Numbered from the stretch's first letter, positions 1 through 15,539 are shown. The stretch: DNA of 64,000 bases from Chrysomallon squamiferum (GCA_012295275.1 CM022672.1:34224001-34288000), one strand, 5' to 3'. The notes: generated by a model not told the origin, from the sequence alone. Numbers and translations: made by a program.

Positions 1-190
1 GAGGGGTGAGTGTTGAAGTAGCATTCTGTTAAAAACTAATTAACTGATTAACGAGAGAATTAACGACTTACATCATTACAGGAGGGGTGAGTGTTGAAGT
101 AGCATTCTGTTAAAAACTAATTAACTGATTAACGAGAGAATTAACGACTTACATCATTACAGGAGGGGTGAGTGTTGAAGTAGCATTCTG
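1..190. repeat. 81-bp tandem repeat spanning the exon 3' end and splice donor of gene B
   Basis: GAGGGGTGAGTGTTGAAGTAGCATTCTG starts at 1, 82 and 163; copies are identical. Confidence 0.95.
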
Positions 191-282
191 GGCTGCTGTC
201 ACTTTCCAGTGGTCTGATCCCCGACTTGTTTTCATCTGGAGTTAGGATGCGATGAGGTATGTTCATCTTACAAACGTCACAC
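153..282 (-). CDS. Internal coding exon of unidentified gene B ((R)CDVCKMNIPHRILTPDENKSGIRPLESDSSPECYFNTHPSCND); gene continues beyond the left edge
   Basis: Acceptor ttttctaattacAG, donor GAT|gtaagt, stop-free non-repetitive frame. Its phase-2 start matches the end of exon 11449-11543. Confidence 0.75.
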
Positions 283-969
283 CTGTAATTAGAAAACATC
301 CAGGTAAAATTGTTTGTTTCAGTTGTTTTTAATAGACACATGAATGTAGGGTGTGTGTGTATGTGTGTGTATGCATGTGTGCATATATATCAAAGGCAAA
401 CCAAATTACATATAACTGCAAGATGTAAATATTTAAAAACACTAATAATGAAATAAAATGTAATTGTAATTTACAGATATACTTAATCCCTGTAAGTGTG
501 TGTTTGCTTGTAATTATGTCTCTAACATCATGAGTTCAGAAAAAACAGCCAATAAATAAATGAAGATAGATAATATGTACAGGTAGGTAGAGTATGGATG
601 TTGAATCACAATGCATAATGTCTGATTGCAATCAATATTTATGGTGAGATAAGAATGATTTCAATATGGATGGCTTAGTTTTGAATAAATGGATAATGGA
701 TGATGGATTATTTCTCATTTACAATTCTGAACGTTTGAGTGACAACAGAAGTAGAGATGTTAATGATAGATAGATAGACAGATAGATCCATATAGAATAC
801 ACAGACACACATACAACCACACAAACTAACATACATCATGTACAAGTGTACGTAAATATGTACAGACACATATACATACAAATGTACAAATATAGATTCA
901 AACATACATAAATATACATACATATATACATCTTTATATATATACATACATAATATATATCACACACAC

Positions 970-1001
<32 letters not shown>

Positions 1002-1158
1002 CTTATAAACAAATATGTATACATATGTACTAAAGTACATACCATATATGTGAATGTACAAACATACCTTCAAACATACGCAAACATACAAAGAAAGAAA
1101 AAATGAATAGAAAAAAAGCTATATCAAAAACAAAATGGAAAAGTCTGGAAATGGCAGA

Positions 1159-2105
<947 letters not shown>

Positions 2106-2344
2106 TTTATCGCGTGATTATGGATATAAAAATTTGATAAATGGTAGCATGGATATAAAGTGTTTTATGTTGTCTGCTGTGGAGATAAATGAGGGATTAG
2201 GTAGCAAGACTGAAGACAGGAATTTCAAGCGATACTGATATGAAATTGTACGGTGTTGGTTTAAAACATTATGGTAATATAGGATTAGCTAGCTGTTGCT
2301 GATTTACAGAAGTCATATCACAGAGCAGTGTTCTGAATTACAAG

Positions 2345-2379
<35 letters not shown>

Positions 2380-2639
2380 TAAATGTCTAATTACAAAGGT
2401 TTCTGTGCCATTAAGTCTGTCTGTTACAAGTAAAAGTGAAATTTAGTTCAGTGATTATTGTGTCAATTTCCTGACATTGGTCATTCAAAGATCAACTCAA
2501 ATATGTGACTCTCTCTCAACAATTTAATACAAGATTGGTACATATAAAAAGTATTCCTTGCTATTTTTTAAGACTATCCTGTTGATATATACACACACAT
2601 ATACATATACAAACACACGCCCACACACACATACACACA

Positions 2640-2670
<31 letters not shown>

Positions 2671-4667
2671 TCATACATATACACATACAGTTTGATATTA
2701 AAAATAAATAAAGAAAGAAAAAATGATTTGGTTACAACGTTTTCAACATTAATTAATATTAAATATAAAATAATGTTATAATATAATAAAAAAATAAAAA
2801 AAAAAAATCAAATTAAAGCTTTTGAAATCTCTGATGACTGATATTTACTAAATAACTTACATCCAACACCAATGACAGAAAAATCAATCAAAATGTTTAT
2901 CTGAGTTTGGAACAAACTTAAAAACCGTGGACTCTACTAACCTAATTTAGGAAAGGTTTCTTTCCATTACAAGCATTCCACTAAAATAAAATGAGAGAGA
3001 CAGAAAGACAGACAGGAGGGTGAAAGAGGGAGGGGGGAAATTGTTAGAAGTATTCCAAACTCATAAACAACAGATGAACATAAGTAAATAAAAATTAGTG
3101 AATAAATAAAATAAATAAATGAGTAAATCAATAATATACATAAATATAAATAAATAAATAACAAATTAACCAAATAAACAAATAAACAGAAATTGGAGAT
3201 TAATAACCTTATTGACTAACATAAATAAAAAAAGCATTATAATAATCAATGAAAAACAAAGTCTAAGAAAAACATGCAAAATTATGAATCTATAGTAAAA
3301 GACCAAATCAAACCAAAAAAAAAAAAAAAAAGAAAGAAAGAAAAGAAGAAGAAAAAAAAAAATATATATATATATGTATTAAAATGAATTGAAATGGCCG
3401 TTCGTATTTAATTATACATGATACACTTACAGACCAACAGATCAAGAGAAAAATCAAAAAGACAATTAAAAAAGAAAAAAAGAAAGACAATTAATGTTTT
3501 CTTACATTAAAATGCTTAAAAAACACTTTTGTATCTAATCAGAGATGATAATCTTACCTGTTGAACTTGTCACACCTGTATTTTTTTTTTGTTACACTTC
3601 TCACAGTGTTGTTTAATTTATCAGAACTCTCAGATTAAACCTGTATATTGATAACTGAATACACAAACACACCTGTGATTGTCATTAGCAGTGTTACAAA
3701 TGACAGGTAGAAACCTTACTTCATCCAAACAATCAAATATAAGATTTCTGTGTAAAACGTTATTTATAAAAATACGTAACTGTTCAATCTTTTTAGAAAA
3801 TATTCATGTTAAACATTACTGCATGAAAAAAGATACCAGACTGAAACTATAACACAACTGAATAGAAATACATTTAAAAAAATATTTCTTGAGAAAAAAG
3901 TATTTCCTAAATATAAGTAGCGCACCTGTAAATTGTTATAAATCTGATTGTTTAAACTTCTAAGAAAATACACAGGTAAGAAATGACTTTGTAAACTAAT
4001 ATTAGATAATGAAATGCAAACACACCTTGTAATGGAAGACATATTGTTATAAATGTGTCTCATTGTTTAAACTTTTGAGAAAATCTTCAGGTAAACAAAT
4101 ATCACACCTGTACAGAAATTACATTGTATTAAAAATATGTGATTGTTTTAACACTGAACTAAATATTCAGGTAAAAAATTACTCTACAAACAAAGGTGTT
4201 TTGCTGTTTTGTCACTTAACAGAAGCTGAAGGTCTGAAGTATTACTATTTTCTAAGTTGTGTATATTTTTATATAAACTGCAGTATTAATGCATGTAGGT
4301 AGCAGTGAAACAGTTAAACACACACAAAGGACTTAAAATGGAGTGTGTGTGTACACAGCAATCAGCTATGACAGAAGCACACACAGACAGGCAGCCATAA
4401 ACACTTTGTTGTTTTAGTTCAATTACCAAAGAACAAAGGAAGAAATTTGAAACTACCAAAACAAACAAGGAATACATTCTTAATAAAAACAAACACAAAA
4501 GATCTGAAGAAAAGATTAGAAAAAAAACGTACAAACTTGGATAATGAATTAAAAAAAAATAAAGAGAGCGAGAAAGAAGAAAAGAAAAAAAAGTATATAA
4601 ATTAAAAAAATAAATAAATATAAAAAATAAAAAATAAATATAAAGAAACAATGAGAAAGATACAAAA

Positions 4668-4699
<32 letters not shown>

Positions 4700-4770
4700 A
4701 ACACTGGTAAAAGAATTATAAAAAAAAAAAATACAAAAAGAAAAAGAAAACAGAGAAAAGAAAAAAGACA

Positions 4771-4814
<44 letters not shown>

Positions 4815-5112
4815 TAAATAAATAAAGAAATAAAGAAAAATGAAAAAGAAAACAGTAAACAGTAAAGAAAAAAGAAAACTCCAATAGAATGAAAAGAGTG
4901 TAGAATTAATTATTAATGTTTCATTATGTGTTACTCAATACATCTTGTTAATTATACATCATGACCTAGTTCTGAGCTGTTCTATAAAGTGTTTATTTAT
5001 TTTATTTTTGTATTTCCTTCCTTCCTTTGTCTGCCCATCTCTCCCTCCCTTTCCTTCCCCTAGTTCAGTTTCTTTAAACTCTCTTTTACATACAACAGAC
5101 AACAAGAACGAT

Positions 5113-5281
5113 TGTGTGTGTGTGTGTGTGTGTCTGTTTGTACATGTATATGTTGTGTGTATGTATGTGGGTGTGTCTGTCTGTACATGTATATGTTGTG
5201 TGTATGTATGTGTGTATGTCTGTTTGTACATGTATATGTTGTGTGTATGTATGTGGGTGTGTCTGTTTGTACATGTATATG

Positions 5282-5314
<33 letters not shown>

Positions 5315-5420
5315 TGTACATGTATATGTTGTGTGTATGTATGTGGGTGTGTCTGTTTGTACATGTATATGTTGTGTGTATGTATGTGGGTGTGTCTTTA
5401 TGCACAGTTTTGTATGTGTG
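5113..5420. repeat. About 43-bp TG-derived minisatellite
   Basis: Repeated GTCTGTTTGTACATGTATATGTTGTGTGTATGTATGTGG. Confidence 0.9.
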
Positions 5421-5475
5421 CATAGATTATGAAAACACACAATACAAAAAATCCATAAATAACACATCAAAACAA

Positions 5476-5514
<39 letters not shown>

Positions 5515-6398
5515 TATTTCAATCAGAAAGAATAAAGCTTATATTATAGGAAGAAAAAAAAAACCACACAGAGAAATTGTATACTCTCCCTTTCTTTTAA
5601 TCATGTAACCATATGTCCATATTAAAACAATAACCACAGATGGGCTAAAAACAATATATGATCAGGACAAAGGTTTTGTTTACATATAATAATTTAACAT
5701 TAACAAACACACAGTAATTATATACATGATCCCTACAAACAAGTAACTATATAAGTATATAACAAAGAAACTGTTTTTAAACATAGCCATGTAGATATGC
5801 AATAAAAACAATATATTTACATATATATACAAATAAAACATTATCTTTCTGATACATTTAGTATACAAGTAATGATATAAATAAATAAAGAAACTATTTT
5901 TAGCCACAGAAATTTAGATATGACAGCAAAAAACAATGTATTTATATATCTAAATAATATATTCTCTTTCTAACCTTGACGAATTTCACACATATAAACA
6001 AGCAAGTGTTTAAGTACATATAAAGAAGGAACTATTTTTAGCCACAGATATGAAGATATGAACACAGAAACACTGTACAGTGAGAGGTCAAAGGTTATGT
6101 TTACTCTGCAATCAGCTGGTACCAGTTCCAGGAAGGTACTGCTTAGTACCAGCTGATGCTGACAGGTCAGCAAGGTCACTGTTTCATCACAATTAATACA
6201 ACACCTGTCATTTCAAACTATGCTAAACCCAGACTGCGTTTTTTTTTTTTTTTTTTTTTTTTTTGTAACTATGTTACATTTTTAAACCTGATGTTTTGTA
6301 TTATTGACAGTTAACAAAGAAAAGAACAGTTAGAAAATTAAAAAAAAATAAAATCAGAATCAATGCCACAACAATGGAAAAAACACCAAAAAAAAATC

Positions 6399-6432
<34 letters not shown>

Positions 6433-7902
6433 GTGCTCGTGTTTCTGCCTACATTACATTTGTACTGTCTGTGTGTTGTGTTTTTGTGTTTTTTTGTGTT
6501 TGTATATGTGTGAATCTGTGTGCATCAAAGTAAAAACAAATAATCATAAAACAGATTTGCTAAAGTTATTATCCATAATATTATAACCACTGACGAAACG
6601 GTTCTTTAAATTTAAAAATCATGAATGATAAAAACAGTAGTTCTATTATTTTATATATATATATATATATATATAAATCTGAAATGGAGTACTTTACAGA
6701 AAGACAAAGAAAAAAAAACACCACTGAAATGTAATTGAAACTCGAAACTCAACAACAATATTAATTTGTCAAAATGACAGACAGACGCACTCCAGTGTTA
6801 TTAACTTTGTCTGGGTAGAAGATAGATAGTTAAATTTCTACAGATTCATCCACATATATCTCTATCCTCTGACTGACAGCATAACTTCATTACATGACAG
6901 AATAAAACAAATTACATCTGTCTGAAGGGTTCCAGGATCTATTCCCTTTGACGTCTCAATCACAGCTAGTTCAAATTGTTTTAAACTTGGTTAGTTTTAA
7001 AGGGCGTTGAGAAGAAAATATAATTAATACAAAAAAAAGGAAATCTTTGAGTTACAAGGAAAAGAGGTAAAAAAAATTTCAGAAAAATAAAATTAAATAT
7101 TTGCTGTTTTGTCATACAGAATTATAATGCTGTATAATGTCTGTATGTATGTGTGTGTGTATGCATACATATATGTTTTTTATACATGCATGCATGACTG
7201 CATGAGTTTGTGTGCATGTGCAGGTGTGTGTGTGTGTGTATGTATGTGTGTGTGAGTGTGTATGTGAGTGAGTGAATGAGTGAATATGTCTGTTTGTGTG
7301 TATAATCAAATATCAATACACTTCACAAACAAAACAGGAACCCAGCAAACCCACTTACTTCAGCAACATCAAGTCTTAATTACAAGTAGAGTTTTATTAA
7401 GTGCTTTTCAGTGTGGAATGTTGTTTAATGTGCAATGTAGCTGAATTAACTGACAGGGGTGAGAATTATCATAACTGCCTGATTGAGTTAATACTGCTTA
7501 ATGTACAATTTACAGTTACTCTGTCATCTGGTAAATTATTCTACGTCATATTAACATAAATACACGCAAGAAAATATATGTTTTTCTGAACTGATTGGAA
7601 TCAGAAATAATTAATGCATCAAATTAGAAATTCTGATAATTTAGCAAGTGTTAGTATTTTATTTCTTTAAACAATGTTTCTTATGTTGTTTTAAAAAATT
7701 GTTATTACATGCACAGACTATAAATACAAAGAGAGCTTTACTATATATGTAGAATTACTCCCTATATACAGAAATACACCCCAATCTTATTTTCAAAAAC
7801 AAACTAACCAAAAACATACCAACAGAGACTAAACACAAATAAAGCTTCATTATAGATATATAATTTTGTGTTCAAATACAAATATATATACTCTCTCTTT
7901 GT

Positions 7903-7942
<40 letters not shown>

Positions 7943-8016
7943 CACAGTCTCTGTCTATCACTAACATTAAAACACACAACACACTTTTTTCACACATCAA
8001 AATACGCAACTGTTAC

Positions 8017-8560
8017 CTTTCTGTATTCAGCCAGACACTACAACATCGCTGTGTGCACAGATCCAAACAGTGACAGCTTTAACATCGGCAGATCAACGTT
8101 AAAAAACAACATCAACTGTCAGAAACACGAAGCCACAGACAGACAGACACTAACTGCAGTCACAGCGCTTCTTCCAGTAAGCAGCAACTACTCAGACACT
8201 GAACAGACAGTTCTGCACATCCACGCTGACAAACAACACCACTGCCACAGATCTGCAGTGCACTGTAACATCACCCACAGCCAGGTCAACTCCACTTCTC
8301 AACCCCAGCCACAACAACGGCAAAGAGAAAATAGATTTCAGTCATTCGAGTGTTTGTCACTCTGTGGGAGAAACGTTGCTCTGATCCACTACTGCAGCAA
8401 CAACTACCGCTACTGCGTTGTTGGTGTTAGCGATGAGGACAAATGACGATGTGTGAGCGATGAAGTTGTCATTGATTTTTTTCACAAGAATAGTTTCTTT
8501 TGACTTCTAGCTGATTTCATGTGATGGTTACTTTGTGAACGATTCGTCTAAGACAGCATT
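8017..8560 (-). other. Possible non-coding alternative first exon (5' UTR) of gene B
   Basis: Complex, CpG-containing block ending at donor AAG|gtaaca. I found no ATG-initiated frame reaching the donor, so translation would have to start at the Met inside exon 153-282. Confidence 0.35.
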
Positions 8561-8606
8561 AATAAACACTGATAATAATCTGTCCATATAGCTACAGGTT
8601 TCGACG

Positions 8607-9160
8607 TTTTGTTTATAATCCAGTAGTACAGGTTTATCTGTTAGTCATTTTGTTTATAATCCAGTAGTACAGGTTTATCTGTTAGTCATTTTGATTATAA
8701 TCCAGTGTTACAGGTTAATCTGTTAGTCATTTTGTTTATAATCCAGTGTTACAGGTTTATCTGTTAGTCATTTTGTTTATAATCCAGTAGTACAGGTTAA
8801 TCTGTTTGTCAATTTGTTTATAATCCAGTAGTACAGGTTTATCTGTTAGTCATTTTGTTTATAATCCAGTAGTACAGGTTAATCTGTTAGTCATTTTCAT
8901 TATAATCCAGTTTTAAAGGATTAGCTATTAGTTATTTTGTTTATAATCCAGTAGTACAGGTTTATCTGTTAGTCATTTTGTTTATAATCCAGTAGTACAG
9001 GTTAATCTGTTAGTCATTTTGATTATAATCCAGTATTGCAGGTTAATCTGTTAGTCATTTTGTTTATAATCCAGTTTTAAAGGATTAACTATTAGTTATT
9101 TTGTTTATAATCCAGTATTACAGGTTTATCTGATACTAACTTTGTTTATAATCCAGTGTT
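8607..9160. repeat. 41-bp minisatellite, about 13 copies
   Basis: Unit TTTTGTTTATAATCCAGTAGTACAGGTTTATCTGTTAGTCA in head-to-tail array. Confidence 0.95.
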
Positions 9161-9605
9161 CCCTGATGTTAGTAAGCTGGAGGGTGGTAATAATAATGTA
9201 TGACACCACTGGTTATGAGTCACTGAGCAATTCCAAATTATCAAAGCACTCATTTTATACTCATCACACTGCGATGTGAGTTCATGCGTTGTAGCAGATT
9301 ATGCTGATATTTGATTAAATCTCTCCAAGTTAGCAGATGCTGGGATGAATACTTGAAGCAGCAGAGTTTAAACCTGACCAAACTAATTTTATAAAATATA
9401 CACAGCCATGATGATAATTGTCCTTTTTTCTAAAAAAAAAAATATTTGTATGTTTTAGTGTTGTATGTGTGTGTGTGTAAGTGTGTGTGTTTGAAAAAAG
9501 CTATTTATATATCAATGTTTATCTCACATACATAAGCAAATACATTTTTGCTTCTTCTTCTTTACACTTTTATAGAAGGTAACAATAGTTATCTGTAACA
9601 ATATA

Positions 9606-9837
9606 CAGGGTGACCCAAAAGTAGGTTTACAGATATTAAACTGTCGTTTATATGCTTGAAGTTACTTGCTAAGTACAATTAACATAAAGGAGAGGTTTGA
9701 AGAATGTTGCAGTGTTGAAGGAGGACATTTTGAGCACCTGAGAGATTAAACAGTTTCTGTTTAATGCTTTAAACATGCTTGTATTTTAAAATAAATTGCC
9801 TAAGTAATAACTGTAAACCTACTTTTGGGCCACCCTG
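9606..9837 (+). mobile_element. Non-autonomous Tc1/mariner deletion derivative (MITE), 232 bp
   Basis: 27-bp terminal inverted repeats CAGGGTG(A/G)CCCAAAAGTAGGTTTACAG with 1 mismatch; TA on both sides; internal remnant ERFEECCSVEGGHFEHLRD* matches the GGHFE C-terminus of mariner-like transposases. Confidence 0.93.
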
Positions 9838-9944
9838 TATAACCATTATAAATTACACAAGCACCCTATCTTCAAACAACACATTTCACACATTTTTAAC
9901 CTGGCCACAAGGTGCACATGATGTAAGACACACACACACACACA

Positions 9945-9976
<32 letters not shown>

Positions 9977-10327
9977 ACACACACAGACAAATGCACCCAC
10001 ACAAATCTATCTATCATCTATCTATCTATTTATATGTTGTGTTTGTGCATATGTGTGTGAGACATCAAACAATCAATTGAATCAAGACACAATTAACGGG
10101 TGACATGCAAGTGTTTTTGTAACTTGACATTGGTGAACCTCTCACATGAAATGAGAAGTAAAGGTTCAAACACTAGGTCTGTGTTACAGATGGCAGTTTG
10201 ATAGTCAGTGATCCAAGGATTAGTGGTAACAGTATGCAGCCACATACCAGGATTAGCGCAACATGACCCACCCGCCGATCATTTCTGTTACACAAAGTCT
10301 TTGTCAGAGATCACTTGATATGCAAAA

Positions 10328-10385
<58 letters not shown>

Positions 10386-10780
10386 TCTTCTTCTCTCTCT
10401 CACTCTCTTCTGTTTCTTTTTCTTTCACTTTTCTTTCTTTCTCTCTCTCTGCCTCCCTCTATTTTCTATTTCTCTCTCATTTCTTCTTCTCTTTCACTTT
10501 TTCTGTCACTTTCATTTTGTTTCCACACACACACACACACACACACACATCTGCACTTGCAGAAACACACTGACATACTTCATAAATTGTTGAATACAAT
10601 AGTTACTAGGATTTTGTTTTTATCAGTTCAATCAGCTTATTATTATTGATAATGTTTACACAGACTCTCAGGTAGCATGCAACAGTAATTCAGCTTCACA
10701 AAATAACACTGGATAATTGATTGTTCATTAGGGATTTACTAATGCAGGTAAGTTATTTATAGTATGTGTGTACATGTGTC

Positions 10781-10812
<32 letters not shown>

Positions 10813-11448
10813 TGTGTGCATGTGTGTGTGTGTGCATGTGTGTAAATGTGTGTGCATGTGTGTGTGAATGTGTGTGCATATGTGTGTGTGTGCTTGTGTG
10901 TGTGTGTTCATGCATATTTAAGTGTGTGTTGTTTATTGCACAGGGAATAAACAAATACATCAGCATGCATGTACAAACACACACAAACAGGTTCAAAAAA
11001 GCCAAATTGCAGATAATTAAAGATTTTTAAAAAAAATGTATATAAAACAATAAAATAATAATATAAGAATTTATTTACGTGGGTGTGTGCATGTGTATAT
11101 ACATACATACATACACACACAGACATACATACATACATACAGAGGTCTTGTTACATACTGTAAGAGATGGCAGGCATGCCACTTGTTTATTTAGCAAACT
11201 TTGTTTTTGTATAATAAACAGACACTTTGATTTTATTTAATTGCTAGTAACATAAACTTGTTAACAGTTAATGCATTTGATGCAGTTATTTATAGAAGTA
11301 TTTTTGACAAACAAGTAATTTGAACATTGTTCACAGAACTTGTACCCTGAACATTTTTGTATACCATCCCTTCGTTTTTAACTTGCACCAGTTACGCCAA
11401 TTCTCACCACCCCTTTCACAAATGCTGGATATATTTGTTTCTGCTTAC

Positions 11449-11543
11449 CTCACATACACAAAGGAGCCTGAGGGACGTCTGAGATCTGTCACCTGTCGAA
11501 ACTTGGAGGGGGGTCCATGATAGGAGCTGTGACGTTTTATCCT
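11449..11543 (-). CDS. Internal coding exon of gene B (RIKRHSSYHGPPSKFRQVTDLRRPSGSFVYV(R))
   Basis: Strong acceptor tttttatttttacttgcAG and donor GAG|gtaagc; GC-richer than flanks; phase 0 in, phase 2 out. Confidence 0.75.
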
Positions 11544-11700
11544 CTGCAAGTAAAAATAAAAACACGAATCTGAATGTGGAAATATTTGTAGGAGTGTTAA
11601 ATGATAACGTTATCTGAGTGGTACACACGAACAACACATTTTACACATATTTAACCTGGTCAAAATGTGACATGATAGAACACACACACACACAAACACA

Positions 11701-11753
<53 letters not shown>

Positions 11754-12608
11754 CCACACAAACGATTGTCATTACAGATGTCTTTTGAGGCTTTTCTCAT
11801 CTCTACCAGTAAAAGAGATTATTAAATTAAAAAAAAATAAATAAATAAATAAATAAATAAACCTTACATAGGAAAGGTTTGTATATCAATTGAATACAAT
11901 TATAGTCTTGAACATTTTGTAAATTTCAGATGCTATTTTTGTTTGTTTAATACTGTAATAAATCTGTTAGAATATATATGGATCATTATTATTTTTATTT
12001 TTATATTTTTAAAATAAATAAATGAATATAAATCTATAAAAGTATATAGTAAAATAAACTTATTAAAAAAAAATACAAAAAAAAGAAATATAATACAATA
12101 CAAAAAACAGGAAGTATAATATAAAATAATAAAACAATTAAATTAAAGCAAAGAAAACATACTATTATTATAAATATATAAAAAAGAAAAAGAATTATAT
12201 GATAATGATAATAACAACAACAACAACAACAACAACAACAATACCGAAAATCACACACTATTTTAAAAAATAAACCAGATGTTCACATCAGGAACAAACA
12301 GAATTTTTATTGATAAATAAAAACATTCTTTGTACCAGGTACATGATAACTGAAAACGTAATACTTCCAGGTAAAGAAGTGAAACTGACACTGTGTCAGA
12401 CAGGAATGATTTAGATACAGCAATGATGGATGATGTATCATTATGCAAAGCTGTTTTGATTATGTCAGTCTACGTCAGTCTGAGGTGTGGCTGAGGTTGT
12501 AACTTTCTTAACACAAACAACCAAATATTACAAATATTTACATAGCTTCATATGTAACTTTTTATATATTTATTTATTTATTTATTTATTTATACAGTAC
12601 AGATTCTA

Positions 12609-12675
<67 letters not shown>

Positions 12676-12737
12676 TAATATGAGTTGGGTTATCCTGGCA
12701 ATAACAATAAATAAATAAATAAATAAATATATATATA

Positions 12738-12772
<35 letters not shown>

Positions 12773-14096
12773 GGTAATATTACTTATATGTTATAGCTCC
12801 AGAATTTCTATCAATGAATAAAAGATCTGACATAATAATAGTAACAATAATAATAAAAGATGAAAGGAATAGAGACCGGAAAAATGCAAATCCGATATAT
12901 TCATATTTTTAACTGGTTTTTGTCATTACCTTTCTCCAGCTGATGACAAACACTCCTAACCCACACCTTGTAATCAACACTATCACCTCTTTCAAACTTG
13001 AAAGAGTTTGTAACAAAACAAAAAAAAAAAAACTGTAAGCCTATACACAAGAGATTAGTTCAAGCCTAGCAAACTGGAGACAAATCTTCTCCTCATTTCA
13101 GTCAGCATTATAAAAAATGTACACAACAATTTAAAATAGTAACAACAATAACATTCCCATGCATGAGTGTTTGTAAATTACATAACACCTCTTTGTTTAG
13201 GCGTGTTTGTTACCTGTACAGGTAGAACATTTTTTTTTTTTTTTTACCTGTTAATTAACTAAACAGCTAAGTGACCAATAAAACAATTAACAGCTGAGCA
13301 CATTCTTCAAACTGGCAAACGGCCAAAGAAAACAGTGGCCAGCAGAAAAACAGTGACCAGCAGCTGACCAATTACTGCAAAGTGTATTGGCAATAAAACA
13401 TAAGATGGATCACCTGCTTTATTTCCTTAATTCAAACAACACTGCTCTGAAGAAAAAAAATATATAAAAAATTGGGTTTATGTTTTAATAGTTTTGAATG
13501 ACCGATTTACCAATACAGATTGTTTAGTCTGCAGTTATTTTTGTAAAGTGTTGTTTTATTTATTCAGATAATGCATTTTAACAACTTTTTTTTTTTTTTT
13601 TTTTTTTTTTGTATTTTCCATACAAGAAATTTGAAATGTAATGTTCTACAAATAATAAATATTCTGCCACAACCTTCCAAACTACTTTTTTTGAATAATT
13701 ATATATTATAAATAAAAAAAAAATAGAAGAAAAAAAACAGAAAATAAAAAAGGTTAAAAAGAGAATAAGAATAGAAAAATATGTCTGGAATTTCATTTCT
13801 ATGTAATTTCTGACGTATTTTTTCTATTTTTTATTTAAGTACATATATATAATATTAATTTAAATTTTGAAATAAATAAAGAGAAAAGAGATAATGATTA
13901 ATGTGATTTGGAAAGGTGTAAAATTACCTGTGAAGAGAACATGCACAGGTGTACAGGTGTTATAAAACAAAACAGTTTCACAGATGTCTACAGACAGGTA
14001 GGTGTTAATTAAAGACTTTTTTCTTTCTCTGATTTATTACCTGTCTGTTATCACTTTCTTCTTCATAATACACATATCTCTCTTTACCTACCCATG

Positions 14097-14310
<214 letters not shown>

Positions 14311-15490
14311 AAAACAAACAAGCAAGCGTTGTAAGTTCTTAAACTAACATGATACTGCTCTGCTGTGACAGAAACACAAAAGTGTGACAGACAGCCAGAC
14401 ATACATACACCTCTTCAGTTTGCCTCTGCATTCATGTTCTCCTCTGTTACATACCTCTACACATCTACCTGTTGTGTGGGCGAAATTTTACAAATAGAGG
14501 TAAAGGACAATGGTCAGGAACACCTGTATACCTGACAGGTATATATGTTACCTTTACCTGTAATCAGAGCAACATGAGTAACGAATAAACTGGATAGGGT
14601 CTTTCCTGTGCTATTGTTTTATTTAAAACAGCAGATAAACAAACAATAAAATGTGATGGCTACAACAACATGAAACAGAAAGTTTTAGATATGACAGATG
14701 GTAAGATGTACAGACATCTGTCTGTTACCTGTAGCAATGAAAAAACATTTACCTGGTTACAGTATGAACAAGAATTTAAAATTCTGAATTAGGACAATAG
14801 AAAATTGTGTATTATTATTATTGTTGCTGTTGTTGTTGTTGTTGTTTATATTTCTTTTTCCTTTATTCATTTTTATTTATTTATTTATTTTTTTTTTTTT
14901 TTTTTTTTTTTTCACTGCTAAAGAATTATTTTACATTACATTAGAAAATAATAATAATAATAATATATAACTGTTTGTTGTTTTGCAAATAATTAATTAT
15001 CTGAATCTTTTTATTTACAGCCTGAACAAGCATTTCAAATTCTGAATACATTTTTTTTCTTCTTTTTCTTTCACAATCAAAGATTACATTTTAAATTTAA
15101 AAAAAATTATAAAAAATAAAAAAAAATAATAATAAAAAAAAATTAGATATAATGAAGCAAAAATTACTTTTTTTAAATAAGTTATTCGAGTTTTTTATTT
15201 CCAATATGAATGATAAAATGCACGTAGACAAATGAACATGCAAAACTGTAATTCATCTGTTATGACAGACAGACAGACAAACAGGATATTAAACTGTCTG
15301 TTTTAGTGATATATTTAATCTTTTTCTTCGTGTTGTTGTTGCTGTTGTTGCCATTTTTATTGCTATTAGTGTTTTGTTTTGGTTTTTAATTTATTCTTTT
15401 TTATTTTGTAAATTCATCATTTGTCCCGTAGAATAATTTACATGACAATGGAATATAAAAACTGTTCTAATTCTAAATACTCTGTGTGTG

Positions 15491-15539
<49 letters not shown>

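Noticed and set aside
7868-8446. 192-aa plus-strand ORF
   Set aside because: Starts at GTG, runs through a CA repeat and has no recognisable domain; better explained as the antisense of a possible UTR exon.
8607-9160. CRISPR-like regular array
   Set aside because: Head-to-tail 41-bp units with no unique spacers, no cas genes and a eukaryotic context; it is a minisatellite.
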